A stretch of DNA of 64,000 bases, taken from positions 1,813 through 65,812 of the forward strand of contig JBBTHA010000021.1 of assembly GCA_038060535.1 (NCBI GenBank), written 5' to 3'. The position numbers and the translations under genes are program-made. This document shows, piece by piece, positions 9,365-18,700 of the stretch; within the stretch, counting starts at the first letter, position 1; each line of letters opens with the position of its first letter. The stretch is from Elusimicrobiota bacterium. Lineage in GTDB: Bacteria > Elusimicrobiota > Elusimicrobia > UBA1565 > UBA9628. Below the pieces are notes generated by a model. It was given only the letters and a program-made list of their open reading frames with translations, was not told the DNA's origin and did not search any database.

Positions 9365-10672
9365 ATGCTGTTTCTCGACCTCATCGCCAAGAAGCGCGAC
9401 GGCGGACGCCATACCCCCGAAGAGATCGACTTCATCGCGCGCGCGGCGGCCAAGGGCTTGGTCCCGGATTACCAGCTGTCGGCTTGGCTGATGGCCGTTC
9501 TATGCCGCGGGATGGACGAAAAAGAAACCGTGGCCTTGACCCGGTCCATGGCGCGTTCCGGGGACATGCTGCGTCTGGGGTCTTTCGGGCGGCCGAAGGC
9601 CGACAAGCACTCCACCGGTGGAGTGGGAGACGGCGTGTCCCTGGCGCTGGCTCCTTTGGCGGCCGCCTGCGGCCTGGCCGTTCCCATGATGTCTGGCCGG
9701 GGCCTGGGCCATACCGGAGGCACTCTCGACAAGCTGGAATCTATCGACGGGTTTCGAGTCCGCCTGGAGCTGCCTGAAATTCGCGAGCAGGTCCGCCGTC
9801 TTGGACTGTGCCTCTTCGGACAAACCGGCATGCTGGCTCCCGCCGACCGGACGCTCTACGCCCTGCGCGACGCGACGGCCACCGTTCCGGCGCGTTCGTT
9901 GATCGTGAGCAGCATCCTTTCCAAAAAAGCGGCCGAGGAGCTGGACGCGCTCGTTCTCGACGTCAAAGTCGGTTCCGGGGCGATATTCCGCGACGCGAAA
10001 AGCGCGCGCGAGCTTGCGCGCGCCTTGGTCAAGACCGCCAAAGGCCTGGGCATTCCCTCCGTCGCGGTGCTGACGGCCATGGACGAGCCGTTGGGCCGTT
10101 TCGTGGGCAACGCCCTCGAGGTCCGGCAGGCGGTCGACATCCTGCGCGGCGATCGAACCGCGGCCGACTACCGCGAGTGCCTGCTGTGCCTGGGAGGCTG
10201 GATGCTCAAGCTCGCCGGAGTGGCCAAGACCCAGGCCGCCGGAGAGCGGATGATCGCCCAGCGCATCGACGACGGCTCTGGCTTCGAGCTGTTTTGCCGC
10301 GCGGTCAAGGCCCAAGGCGGCAACGAGGCGGTCGTGCGCAATCCGGACCTGCTGCCCAAGGCCAAGATGTCGCGCACGGTGCTCGCGCCCAAGTCGGGGT
10401 ACGTCTCGATTCTCGACGCGCGCAAGATAGGCCATGCGGCGGTGATGCTGGGAGCGGGCCGCGCGTTCATGGAGGCCGAGCTCGATTACGGCGCCGGGCT
10501 CGAGCTTCTCAAAAAAGTCGGCGATCGGGTGGACAAGGGGGAGCCCGTCGCCATTCTTTACGCCGCCGACAACGCTCGACTGGATCTTGGCGAGCGCGAA
10601 TACCGCGACGCGCTCGTCGTGGCTTCGAAGTCCCCCCGCGCCCGGCCGGTCGTGCTCGAGGTCATCCGCTAG
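9365..10672 (+). CDS. Thymidine / pyrimidine-nucleoside phosphorylase
   Basis: DKHSTGGVGDGVSLALAPLAAACGLAVPMMSGRGLGHTGGTLDKLESI. Glycosyltransferase family 3 plus C-terminal PYNP domain. Confidence 0.9.
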   Translation: MLFLDLIAKKRDGGRHTPEEIDFIARAAAKGLVPDYQLSAWLMAVLCRGMDEKETVALTRSMARSGDMLRLGSFGRPKADKHSTGGVGDGVSLALAPLAAACGLAVPMMSGRGLGHTGGTLDKLESIDGFRVRLELPEIREQVRRLGLCLFGQTGMLAPADRTLYALRDATATVPARSLIVSSILSKKAAEELDALVLDVKVGSGAIFRDAKSARELARALVKTAKGLGIPSVAVLTAMDEPLGRFVGNALEVRQAVDILRGDRTAADYRECLLCLGGWMLKLAGVAKTQAAGERMIAQRIDDGSGFELFCRAVKAQGGNEAVVRNPDLLPKAKMSRTVLAPKSGYVSILDARKIGHAAVMLGAGRAFMEAELDYGAGLELLKKVGDRVDKGEPVAILYAADNARLDLGEREYRDALVVASKSPRARPVVLEVIR

Positions 10673-10686
10673 CCATAGGAGGAGTC

Positions 10687-11310
10687 ATGCCCAAACTTTT
10701 CGTCAGCGACCATCCCCTCGTGTCGGACAAGCTCGCTCGCCTGCGCGACAAAAACACCGATCCGCAGGCGTTCCGCAGCCTGATGGCGGAGGTGTCCATG
10801 CTCATCGGCTGCGAGGTCCTCAAGGGCGTTCGAAATAGAAAGTCGATCGTGCAGACGCCGTTGAAAGCTTCGCCCGCGGTCATGTTGGACCAACCTTTGA
10901 CGTTCGTCGCGATTTTACGCGCGGGCCTGGGCATGATCCCCGGCCTGCTTGAGCTCGCCCCGAAGGCGGCCATCGGCCATATCGGCCTTTATCGCGACGA
11001 GAAGACGCTCAACCCGGTCCGCTACTACGTCCGTTTGCCGAAGAAAATCTCCAGTCACTTCGTGGTTTTATGCGACCCGATGCTGGCCACCGGAGGCTCG
11101 GCGTCCGAGGCGATTCACATCCTCAAGACCGACGGAGCCAAGGACATCGCCCTGCTGACCCTGCTGTCTTCCAAGCAGGGAGTGGCGCGCATCCACCGCG
11201 ACCATCCCGGCGTTCCCGTCTACACCGCGGCGGTCGACGCCGTGCTCAACGGCCAAGGCTACATCGTCCCAGGCCTGGGCGACGCCGGCGACCGTCTTTT
11301 CAATACCTGA
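10687..11310 (+). CDS. upp: Uracil phosphoribosyltransferase
   Basis: MPKLFVSDHPLVSDKLARLRDKNT...VVLCDPMLATGGSA...IVPGLGDAGDRLF. It lies inside the long artefactual frame 9808..11310; the true start is ATG 10687, which follows GGAGG. Confidence 0.9.
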   Translation: MPKLFVSDHPLVSDKLARLRDKNTDPQAFRSLMAEVSMLIGCEVLKGVRNRKSIVQTPLKASPAVMLDQPLTFVAILRAGLGMIPGLLELAPKAAIGHIGLYRDEKTLNPVRYYVRLPKKISSHFVVLCDPMLATGGSASEAIHILKTDGAKDIALLTLLSSKQGVARIHRDHPGVPVYTAAVDAVLNGQGYIVPGLGDAGDRLFNT

Positions 11311-11359
11311 CCTGACCCGAGACACGCGGATGTTGGGCCTAGGCACGGCGTCCGTGACT

Positions 11360-11396
11360 TTGAAAAAAAAGACGGCCCCCGAAGGCCGGGGGCCGG
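11360..11396 (-). terminator. Rho-independent terminator for the minus-strand fnr / small-ORF transcript
   Basis: On the minus strand: GC hairpin CGGCCCCCGGCCTTCGGGGGCCG followed by TTTTTTTT (plus strand shows the A8 run at 11363-11370). The hairpin is not T-followed on the plus strand, so it is orientation-specific. Confidence 0.55.
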
Positions 11397-11421
11397 GTCT
11401 AGGCGCTTGGTCGAAGACGCC

Positions 11422-11601
11422 CTAGAGGGTCGAAGCCGGGGTGCTCACGCAGATGTTGGGCCACACGCAAGGCTTGAACTGCGCGAGCGTCTGCACGGGC
11501 TGCTCCAGGCAGATGTTGGGCCACACGCAAGGCTTGAACTGGGCGGTCTGAAGCGCGGGCTGCACGTTGAAGAGCGAGAGAGTCATAATGAGGTTAATCA
11601 T
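11422..11601 (-). CDS. Small ORF (~59 aa from ATG 11601) with duplicated Cys motif AQFKPCVWPNIC x2; speculative small secreted or disulfide peptide
   Basis: ORF-track 11422..11685. Hydrophobic N-terminus MINLIMTLSLF, then two copies of FKPCVWPNIC. Located between the fnr stop and the terminator. Coding status unproven. Confidence 0.3.
   Translation of the reverse strand: MINLIMTLSLFNVQPALQTAQFKPCVWPNICLEQPVQTLAQFKPCVWPNICVSTPASTL
11450..11541. repeat. Tandem duplication of a 32-bp perfect core (cagatgttgggccacacgcaaggcttgaactg), period 60 bp
   Basis: Copies at about 11450-11481 and 11510-11541, with diverged flanks. This underlies the peptide repeat. Confidence 0.8.
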
Positions 11602-11705
11602 GGGGACAGTGTAGCGTTCGCGCGGCGTCGCCGCGATGAGAGCAGTCAAGCGCTCGCTTTGACGCCTCTCATTGATCTGCGTCAACGATTGGGAAGGCCG
11701 GGGGC

Positions 11706-12413
11706 TTACGCCGCGACGCCCGACAGCGCGCGCAGCGCCGACTCGTTGATTATGAGAAGGTCTTTTTCCTTCTTCTGCAGAATGTCCCGCTCCTCGAAAT
11801 CTTTGAGCAGGCGCACGGTGGTCTCGATGGTCAGCCCCGCCATTTCGGCCAGATCGCGGCGCTTGATGCCGGCGACCAGGGCATGGGGTTTATGGGACTG
11901 CATCATGCGCAACAGCGTGTCGGCCAGGCGTCCGCGCGCGGGCTTGAAGGCGATGTCTCGCGCCTTGTTCTCTCCGCGGCGCACGTCTCGGGCGAGTTCC
12001 CGCATCAAGGCGAAGGAGGCGACGGGATATTTGGCGAGAAAATTGAAAAACGTCCGGGTGTCGATCATGGACACGACGCTCGGCTCGAGGGTTTCGCCGG
12101 TGCCGGTGTACTGCCCTTCATTGGCCAGAAGAGCGACGTGGCCGAGCAAGTCGCCGGGAGACTCGATGCGCGTGGTGAGCTGCTGACCGGTCCGGCTCGA
12201 TTTGTAGACCTTGACCTTGCCCGTGCACACGACGTAGAGCCCGGGCGGCATCGATCCTTCGTGAAAGACCACCTCGCCGCGCTTGAAGGGGTTGGCTAGG
12301 CGTATCTCCCGCCAGGCTTTCTTGGATTCCTTCGTGCCGAGGAGTTCGTAAAAGCAATTCTTCTTGTGCGGGCACCACTCGCAGTTGGGAGCATCGCGTT
12401 TAGAGTATGGCAT
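11706..12413 (-). CDS. Crp/Fnr-family transcription factor, FNR-like with N-terminal Cys cluster
   Basis: N-terminal C-x2-C-x5-C (CEWCPHKKNC), identical spacing to the FNR [4Fe-4S] ligands. cNMP-binding-like beta-roll. C-terminal HTH (RRDLAEMAGLTIETTVRLLKDFE). Confidence 0.8.
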   Translation of the reverse strand: MPYSKRDAPNCEWCPHKKNCFYELLGTKESKKAWREIRLANPFKRGEVVFHEGSMPPGLYVVCTGKVKVYKSSRTGQQLTTRIESPGDLLGHVALLANEGQYTGTGETLEPSVVSMIDTRTFFNFLAKYPVASFALMRELARDVRRGENKARDIAFKPARGRLADTLLRMMQSHKPHALVAGIKRRDLAEMAGLTIETTVRLLKDFEERDILQKKEKDLLIINESALRALSGVAA

Positions 12414-12463
12414 CGCTTCGTCATTGTAGCAACTTTGGAAGCTAGGCGCCCGAAAGGGGCTTG

Positions 12464-13699
12464 TCAGCGCATCGCGATGCGATTGCCGTACTGGGCGATG
12501 ACGGCGCCAAACCCGCGAGCGCCTCGCAGCCCGGTGAGGTCGAGGTCGCTTTTCGACTGCATGACCAGGCGGCGCAGGTCGGAGGCGGAGGCGCAGGAGT
12601 CGAGTGAAACCCGCAGCGAGTTGAGGGCCGCGACGTTTCTCCCGGTCAGAGCGTAGGAGACGGCGACTTGATAGCGCGCCTGGACATTCAGGGGGTTGAG
12701 CGTCAGGGCCTTGCGCAAAAAGGGCAGGGCCTCGTCGGCCTGGCCGATCTTGTTGAACGCGGTCCCGATCTTTTCGTTCAGAGTCCCGATTTGTCCGGAC
12801 CCGAGAGTCGGGCGCTCTTCGTCCATTTCGAGCGCTCGTCTGTAGGCCGAGAGGGCGCTCTCGTAGCGGCGGAATTTAAACTCCATGTTGCCTTCCGCGA
12901 TCTTCGCGAGCACCGCCTGGTCCTGGGCGGGAGGTGCGGGAGCCGCCGCCGTGTCTCGGACGGAATCGCGCATCTCCTCGGAGCGGACATCAATAGAAGC
13001 GATCACAACGTCCTCGGCGCTGACTCCGAGCTTCTCGCGGGCCTCGGCGTCGGCGAGCAGGGAGGCGAACACGGGGTCGCGCCGGGAGGCGTCTCGAAGA
13101 GAGTGTTTGGCCGCCGCGCTTCCCGCTTTGGTCAATGCGAGCTTGATATTGGCAAGGGCTTTGGTGTTGTCGTTCATTTTCAGCCGAAGGCGGGCGGCGT
13201 GCAGAGGGATCAGGGCGTTGCGCGGCGAGGCGCGCAGGGCCGACTTGTAGGATTCGAGCGCCTTATCGTAGGCCATGACGGCCTCTTGGCACAGAGCCAT
13301 GCTGAGGTGAAGGCGCGAGGCGTTGGGAAGCTCCTTGAGCGCGGGGTCGATGGCAAGCGCCATCGCGTAGGCGTCGATCGCGGACTGGGCGTCGTCGCGA
13401 TTGGCGGTTTCGGTCGCGCCGAGCTTGAAGGCGCGTTGGGAGTGGGCCCAACCCAGCAAAAAGTACGTGGACACGCTTCCCTGTTTGCCCACGGCCTTGT
13501 TGAACGCCTTGATCGCAGCCGATGGGCGGCCTTGTTTCAAGTCGGCCAGGCCTTCGGCCATCCAGAGCCGTGCGAAGTGGTTCATCTTAGGATGGGAGGC
13601 GCGGCGAATTTTCGAGGCGATGGCCGGAGGGGTGAAGAGAAGGACGGCCATCGCCAAAGTCAGGGCGGTTCTGCTTGCAGTCATGGTGGTTACCTTCAT
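12464..13699 (-). CDS. Secreted TPR-repeat protein
   Basis: Signal peptide MKVTTMTASRTALTLAMAVLLFTPPAIAS. Multiple TPR-like repeats (AxxAxxxAxxLxP...). Confidence 0.65.
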   Translation of the reverse strand: MKVTTMTASRTALTLAMAVLLFTPPAIASKIRRASHPKMNHFARLWMAEGLADLKQGRPSAAIKAFNKAVGKQGSVSTYFLLGWAHSQRAFKLGATETANRDDAQSAIDAYAMALAIDPALKELPNASRLHLSMALCQEAVMAYDKALESYKSALRASPRNALIPLHAARLRLKMNDNTKALANIKLALTKAGSAAAKHSLRDASRRDPVFASLLADAEAREKLGVSAEDVVIASIDVRSEEMRDSVRDTAAAPAPPAQDQAVLAKIAEGNMEFKFRRYESALSAYRRALEMDEERPTLGSGQIGTLNEKIGTAFNKIGQADEALPFLRKALTLNPLNVQARYQVAVSYALTGRNVAALNSLRVSLDSCASASDLRRLVMQSKSDLDLTGLRGARGFGAVIAQYGNRIAMR

Positions 13700-13812
13700 G
13701 TCTCCAGTATAGCCTTGTCGAAACGCGGTGCCGAGGGCCCAGCGGCCTTGGTTTTTCTAGGTCCAAAGGCCTAGAAGTCCCGCCCGGAGAAAACTGGTAT
13801 AATGCCGCCTTC

Positions 13813-13890
13813 GGTGGCCGTAGCTCAGCTGGTTAGAGCGCAGCGCTGTGAACGCTGAGGTCGGGGGTTCAAGTCCCCTCGGTCACCCCA
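13813..13890 (+). tRNA. tRNA-His (anticodon GTG) with encoded G-1 and encoded CCA
   Basis: Hand-folded cloverleaf: G-1 then acceptor GTGGCCG/CGGTCAC, D-arm GCTC/GAGC, anticodon stem CAGCG/CGCTG with loop CTGTGAA, T-arm GGGGG-TTCAAGT-CCCCT, discriminator C, CCA. Confidence 0.85.
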
Positions 13891-13904
13891 GACTTGACGT
13901 GTCA

Positions 13905-13945
13905 AGAGCCGGGGCCAATGTGTCAAGGCCCCGGCTCTTTTTTTG
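13905..13945 (+). terminator. Intrinsic terminator after tRNA-His
   Basis: Stem AGAGCCGGGGCC / GGCCCCGGCTCT with a 10-nt loop, followed by T7. Confidence 0.7.
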
Positions 13946-13969
13946 GCGCGAGTCCGCCGCGTCACGTTT

Positions 13970-14857
13970 TTACCAGCGCCCGCCGAGGCTGAAGCGGTGC
14001 GCGCGCCCGAGCTCGCCGGAAGCGAGCACGGCGTAGTCGAGACTCCAGGTCGCGCCGCGAAAGCCCAGGCCCATCGCCAAACCACGCGCAGCGTCGAAGC
14101 CCGAGCCGCCGGCGGCCGTTTGCGTCGCATAGCCCGCGCGCAGATAGAGATGCGAGACCGCCTGGTACTCGCCTCCCAAGGCCGCCTGCGTCCCCGCCCC
14201 GCGCGGGCCGTTGATGAGCTCGACAGCGGCCGAATGTCCGCCCTCCGACGTGTACGCCGCGCCCAGGGCCAGCCTCAGGGGCAAATCGTCGCGCCTATCG
14301 GCGAATTTAAGACCCGCGCCCAGATTGCGCAGCGCCGCACCCAGGCTGAGCCGCTCGAAGCGGCGCTGGGCGCCGAGGTCGAGGGCGACGCCCTGCGCCT
14401 CTGAAGACCCGATATGGCTGCGGATGTATTTGACGCCGACGCCGACGCGGGCGAACTCGAGGGCGCGCCCGTAGCCCAGGCTGAGCGCCGCGTCCGAGGC
14501 GTTGTAGCCTGGGGCTGGACGTCCGAGAGCGTCGCGCCCCTCGATTCGGGCTTGGCTTAAGTAGGTCACCCCCCCCGAGAACGTTCCCCGGCTCGTGGGC
14601 TGGGCGTAAGTCAGGGAGTCGAGGCGGGTGCTCTCGAAAAGTTCGGCGTGGCCCGCGGTAAATTCGCGTTTTTCAAGCGCCGCCAGCCCAGCGGCATTCC
14701 AGTGCAGGGCGTTGGCGTCGTCGGCCAGCGCCGTATAGGCTCCACCCAGTCCCAAGGCCCTCGCGCCCGCGCCGATATTCAAAAACGCCGCGCCCTCGGC
14801 CGCCCGGCAGTCCGGGCGGCCAAGAAAGAGCAACGCGGCGAGCAGGAGCGTTCTCAT
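13970..14857 (-). CDS. Outer-membrane beta-barrel protein, PorV/PorQ-like (family assignment tentative)
   Basis: Signal peptide. N-terminal Gly-rich motif AAFLNIGAGARALGLGGAYTA, remembered from PorV/UPF0164-type FadL-like barrels. Alternating amphipathic strands and C-terminal aromatic residue. Starts 1 nt after the stop of the ORF carrying a T9SS-type C-terminal domain. Confidence 0.5.
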   Translation of the reverse strand: MRTLLLAALLFLGRPDCRAAEGAAFLNIGAGARALGLGGAYTALADDANALHWNAAGLAALEKREFTAGHAELFESTRLDSLTYAQPTSRGTFSGGVTYLSQARIEGRDALGRPAPGYNASDAALSLGYGRALEFARVGVGVKYIRSHIGSSEAQGVALDLGAQRRFERLSLGAALRNLGAGLKFADRRDDLPLRLALGAAYTSEGGHSAAVELINGPRGAGTQAALGGEYQAVSHLYLRAGYATQTAAGGSGFDAARGLAMGLGFRGATWSLDYAVLASGELGRAHRFSLGGRW

Positions 14858-14858
14858 G

Positions 14859-15767
14859 TTATTTCACGACCCCGACCTTGCCCGTCTTGCGGATATCCGC
14901 GCTTCCGGCTTTTTTGGCCGTGAGCGTGTACGTATAGACTCCCGAGGCCACGCCCGAGACGTCCCAGGAGTGGTCGTATGTGTTTTGATTGCCTTTGCCG
15001 TTTCCGTCGTCGAGCAGGCTGAAGCGGAAATCCGAGGAGGAATGGACCTTGCGGCCGGAGGCGTCGTAGATTCGGACTTCGACCGAGTCGGCCCTGCCGG
15101 GCTGGAGGCGCAAGGTCACCGCCGCGCCGCCTCGCGAGGGACTGGGGAAAGCGTAGGCGTCGCGAAGCGAGAACTCGTCGAGCGCCGCCGCCGTGCCGAT
15201 GCCTCCGCCGGGGCCCATCACCTGATAGACCGAGAAGTGCTGGGTCTGGGCGCTAAGCGTTTGATTCTGCTTATCGACTGCCGAGGCCAGCGCCTGCCAG
15301 TCTTGGAGCGAGGCGTTCCAGTAATGGATCTTGAGATCGTCCTCCTTCAGGCCCCGCGCGGCGCTCAGGTGGACGTCATAGGGCAGCGTCAGCGTCACCA
15401 GCGTATTGAATACCGTCCCCTCGGGGCCGAAGCGGACTTCCGGGCCGGCGGCCGTCAACCGCCTGTCGCGGCGCTTGGCTTCCTTGGAGGCCGTGTCCTG
15501 ATTCTCATCGGGCTCATCGACCGTGATCTCGAGGTCCGTGCCGAGGGCGCCCTGGGGCACCCAGACGCCCGCGCCGTCGTCGCGCTCGACGGAGGCGCCG
15601 TCGGCGGCCTCGACGAAGCGGCGCGCGCTTTGCAGAGGCTCGACGGCGACGCTGTCGCCGCCGACCGAGAGGGCGGCCACGCCCGAACCGGCCGCCAAGG
15701 GCAGGGTGTAGCGCACGACGCGGTCGCGTCCTGAATCGGTGATCCAAAGCGAGCCATCCGGGCCCAT
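14859..15767 (-). CDS. NHL-repeat segment plus T9SS-type C-terminal sorting domain; probably the 3' portion of the upstream giant gene
   Basis: No signal peptide. Begins MGPDGSLWITDSGRDRVVRY (NHL-like). Ends VEVRIYDASGRKV...SWDVSGVASGVYTYTLTAKKAGSADIRKTGKVGVVK, which matches the Por_Secre_tail pattern. Same reading frame as 15792..21449 and separated from it only by TAG. Confidence 0.6.
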   Translation of the reverse strand: MGPDGSLWITDSGRDRVVRYTLPLAAGSGVAALSVGGDSVAVEPLQSARRFVEAADGASVERDDGAGVWVPQGALGTDLEITVDEPDENQDTASKEAKRRDRRLTAAGPEVRFGPEGTVFNTLVTLTLPYDVHLSAARGLKEDDLKIHYWNASLQDWQALASAVDKQNQTLSAQTQHFSVYQVMGPGGGIGTAAALDEFSLRDAYAFPSPSRGGAAVTLRLQPGRADSVEVRIYDASGRKVHSSSDFRFSLLDDGNGKGNQNTYDHSWDVSGVASGVYTYTLTAKKAGSADIRKTGKVGVVK

Positions 15768-15791
15768 GGCCGCGTCGTTAGGCGCGGTTAG

Positions 15792-18700
15792 CTAGCGGAC
15801 GGCGAGCTTGTCGGCGCGGGAAAGCCCCGCCGAGCTGCCGAAAGCGAGCAGGCCTTTGCCCTGCGCGTCGAACTTCTGCACGCGGTTGCGGTTGGTCTCG
15901 ACTGTGTACACGGACCCCAGGCGGTCGGCGGCCACGCCCCGCATCCGCGAGAGTTCCCCGATCGCCGAATCCGCGCCGCCGATGGACCGAATCAAAGTTC
16001 CCGCGCGGCTGAACAGGAACAGGCGCTGGCGCTCGTGATCCGACACCCAAAGGCCTTCCGGGGCCAAGGCGATGCCTCGTATATCGTCATGGGAGGAGAG
16101 CACTCCCGTGCCGAAGCGGCGCAGAAAGGTCCCCGAGGAGTCGTACACCTGGACGCGGTGTTTGCCCGAGTCGGCGGCGTAGACGTCGCCGATTAAGTCG
16201 ACGGCCACATCCCGCGGCGAGCACAGACCCTTGAGCTCGCGCAGGACTTGCGCGCCGTCGGGGGAAAAGACCACGATACGGTCGTTGCCGATGTCGGCGA
16301 CATAGACGTTGCCGGCGCCGTCGAGCGCCAAGCCCTGGGGTTTTTTCAGGCGCCGGCCGTGCCCCTCGACGGTCGCGGCCACGCCCCCCGCGGGTGTGAG
16401 CAGAAGCAAGGCGTCGTCGACGGCGACCCAAATCCTTCCATCCGGGCGCACCGCGATTCCCGTGGGGTTTTTAAGTCGTTTGACGATGGCATTCGCGTTT
16501 CGGCGGCCGATGGCGAAGGACATGACGGGCCGGCCGACGTAGACTCCCGCCGTCGTCGCGGCCGCGTTGCCAAAGGCGTCGACGGCGCGCAGCCGCAGCG
16601 TGCGGTGGCCCGAGAGCGCCGACGTGTTCCAGGCCGCGATCTGCCCCGTGCGCTGGCCCGAGCCGGACGCGATCGTCGTAAATCCGCTTGTGGCCGTGGC
16701 GCCGGGAGCCGACTCGAGCGTCCAGCTGACCGCGCTATCGTCTGACACCGCGCCGCGCACGTTGACGACGCCCCCCACCGCGCGCTCCACGCCGAGGGCC
16801 GAGGAAGCGGGAAAATCCAGTCGCACCAACGGCGGGACATGATCGGAGGAGGGCCCTGCGACGGATATCTCGAAGCGCCGAGGATCCTCGCGGTTGAGCG
16901 CGCGGTCCACGCTGAAAAAAACCAAGGAATGCGCGCCCGCACCGAGGCTGAACGTCGAGACGAAGACCGTCTCGGTCGCGCCGTCGATGGAAAAGCGGGT
17001 CTCAAGCGCGCCCGTACCCGCGTCTGAGGCGGCAAAGCCCAAGGAGTCGGTCGAGACCAGAACCAGGCTTGTCGCCGAGACGCCCAGGCCGTTGACTTGA
17101 AGCGTCGTGACGGGAGGCAGGCTGTCGATGAAGAACACGGCGCTTGCCGTAGACGTGTTGCCGGCCGCATCCGACACCGAGGCCGTAAGGGTGTGGGCCC
17201 CTTGGTCGAGCGGGGCCGCGGGCGTGAAGGCCGCCTCGGAGGCGGAGATGGCCGCCAGGGAGGTTTTATCCGCGCCGTCAAGGCTCAGGCGCACTGAGGT
17301 GGTGGCGATTCCCACCCCTAGATCGGCGTACGTCGCCAGCAGCGTCGGCACGGCGGTCGTGACCGTGCTGCCGTCAACGGGCGATAAAGCCAGGCTGGGC
17401 GGGACGTGATCTACGGGCGGCGCGGCGACGGCGATTGACACGGTCTTGGCCGGCTCGGCGTTGCCGACGTTATCGATACTCTGGAAGACCAAGGAATGCG
17501 TGCCTATCGAGAGTGAAAACGTCGAGACAGCTACAGTGGTCGCCGTGCTTCCATCGAGGGCGTACAGGGTCTGGGCAACGCCCGATCCGGAGTCGGATTT
17601 TAAGAAGGAGAATTCGGTCGTCATGCTCACGACAAGCGTCGCCGATGAAGAAATCACATTGTCGACCAGGAGCTTGGTGACAGGGGGCGTCGAGTCTAGG
17701 ATGAGATTGCGCGTCTGAGGCGCTTCGGCGTTGCCGATCAGATCGACGCTGTGGAACGTGACGCTGTGCGGCCCCTCTCCAGTCAGTACAATCGAAGACA
17801 CAAGGGGTATGGACGATCCGTTATCGATCGAGACGAACGTTTGCGCAACGCCAACTCCCAGACCGTCGCCAACGGTGGTTTGGTCGTCCGTGGCCGATAA
17901 AGAAACGTTTGTCTGAGAACTCACATAGAGCGGATCGTTGCCGTAGCTCGGTGTTTCGGCGATAAGGGACGTCCTCGGCGCAAGAACATCGAGACTGACC
18001 TGAAAAGCTTGCGTCTCCAGAGCGGAACTGTTTCCGGCCCAATCCGAGGCGCGCACGACAAGCTTCCAGCTCCCCTGGGATAGTGACGAGGCGGGAATCG
18101 AGGTTCCGTTGGCCGCGGCTATGGATTGCCCCCCATCCAGCGATATGAAATAGGCCGTGGCGCCCGGAGCCAAGTCCGCATTGTCATGGACCGTAAAGCT
18201 CACCCCGATCGATGCCGCCCCGGAAAATGTCTCCCCTCCATTCGGGGATGTTATCGCGATCGCGGGGGCGACGTCGTCTATCAGGTCCAGGGACCCCGTG
18301 CTGAGCGCGGCCGCATATCGCGAGTCCCCATCAAAACGGGCTCGCAGCGGCCATCTGAGCTTGAGCGGTTGGGGAAGCGCGAATTGGAAAGCGACCGTCG
18401 CGCCCGCCAGGAGCGATGAGGCCAGCGGTATAGCCGTGCCGGAGGCGTCGAGCGTTTCAAGAACGACGGTCTTGGGCTCCTGCGTTTGCCGCTGGAGCGT
18501 TTGGGCCTGCTCATCGGTCAGGGTCAAGACAAGATGAACTGTATCCGTGGGACGAGCGGAAGCAAAGGGCGCTTGAAGGTGAGTGGCCCGTGTTGTGAGC
18601 GTAAAAGGGGTATTGGCGGAGCTGGGTAAGTAGAAGAAATTGTCGCCGGCATAGTTCATCGTGAGGTTGTAATTGCCGGCGGCCGATGAAAGGAAAATCG

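Noticed and set aside
9808-11310. 500-aa plus-strand ORF spanning the thymidine phosphorylase and upp
   Set aside because: Arg-rich out-of-frame read-through. Only the last 208 codons (from ATG 10687, after a GGAGG) are the real upp.
6694-11310. Transketolase-split plus nucleoside-salvage cluster as something novel
   Set aside because: Split tkt genes overlapping by a few nucleotides and a PNP-TP-upp salvage trio are common arrangements. Recorded as features only.
13700-13970. Integrase or mobile-element genes next to tRNA-His
   Set aside because: No integrase, transposase or excisionase ORF is present. The island hypothesis rests only on composition, the tRNA-adjacent position and a weak 3'-end repeat.
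15792-15794. TAG reassigned as a sense codon (recoded genome)
   Set aside because: TAG terminates at least one other well-defined gene here (the TPR gene at 2966-2968), so global reassignment is unlikely.
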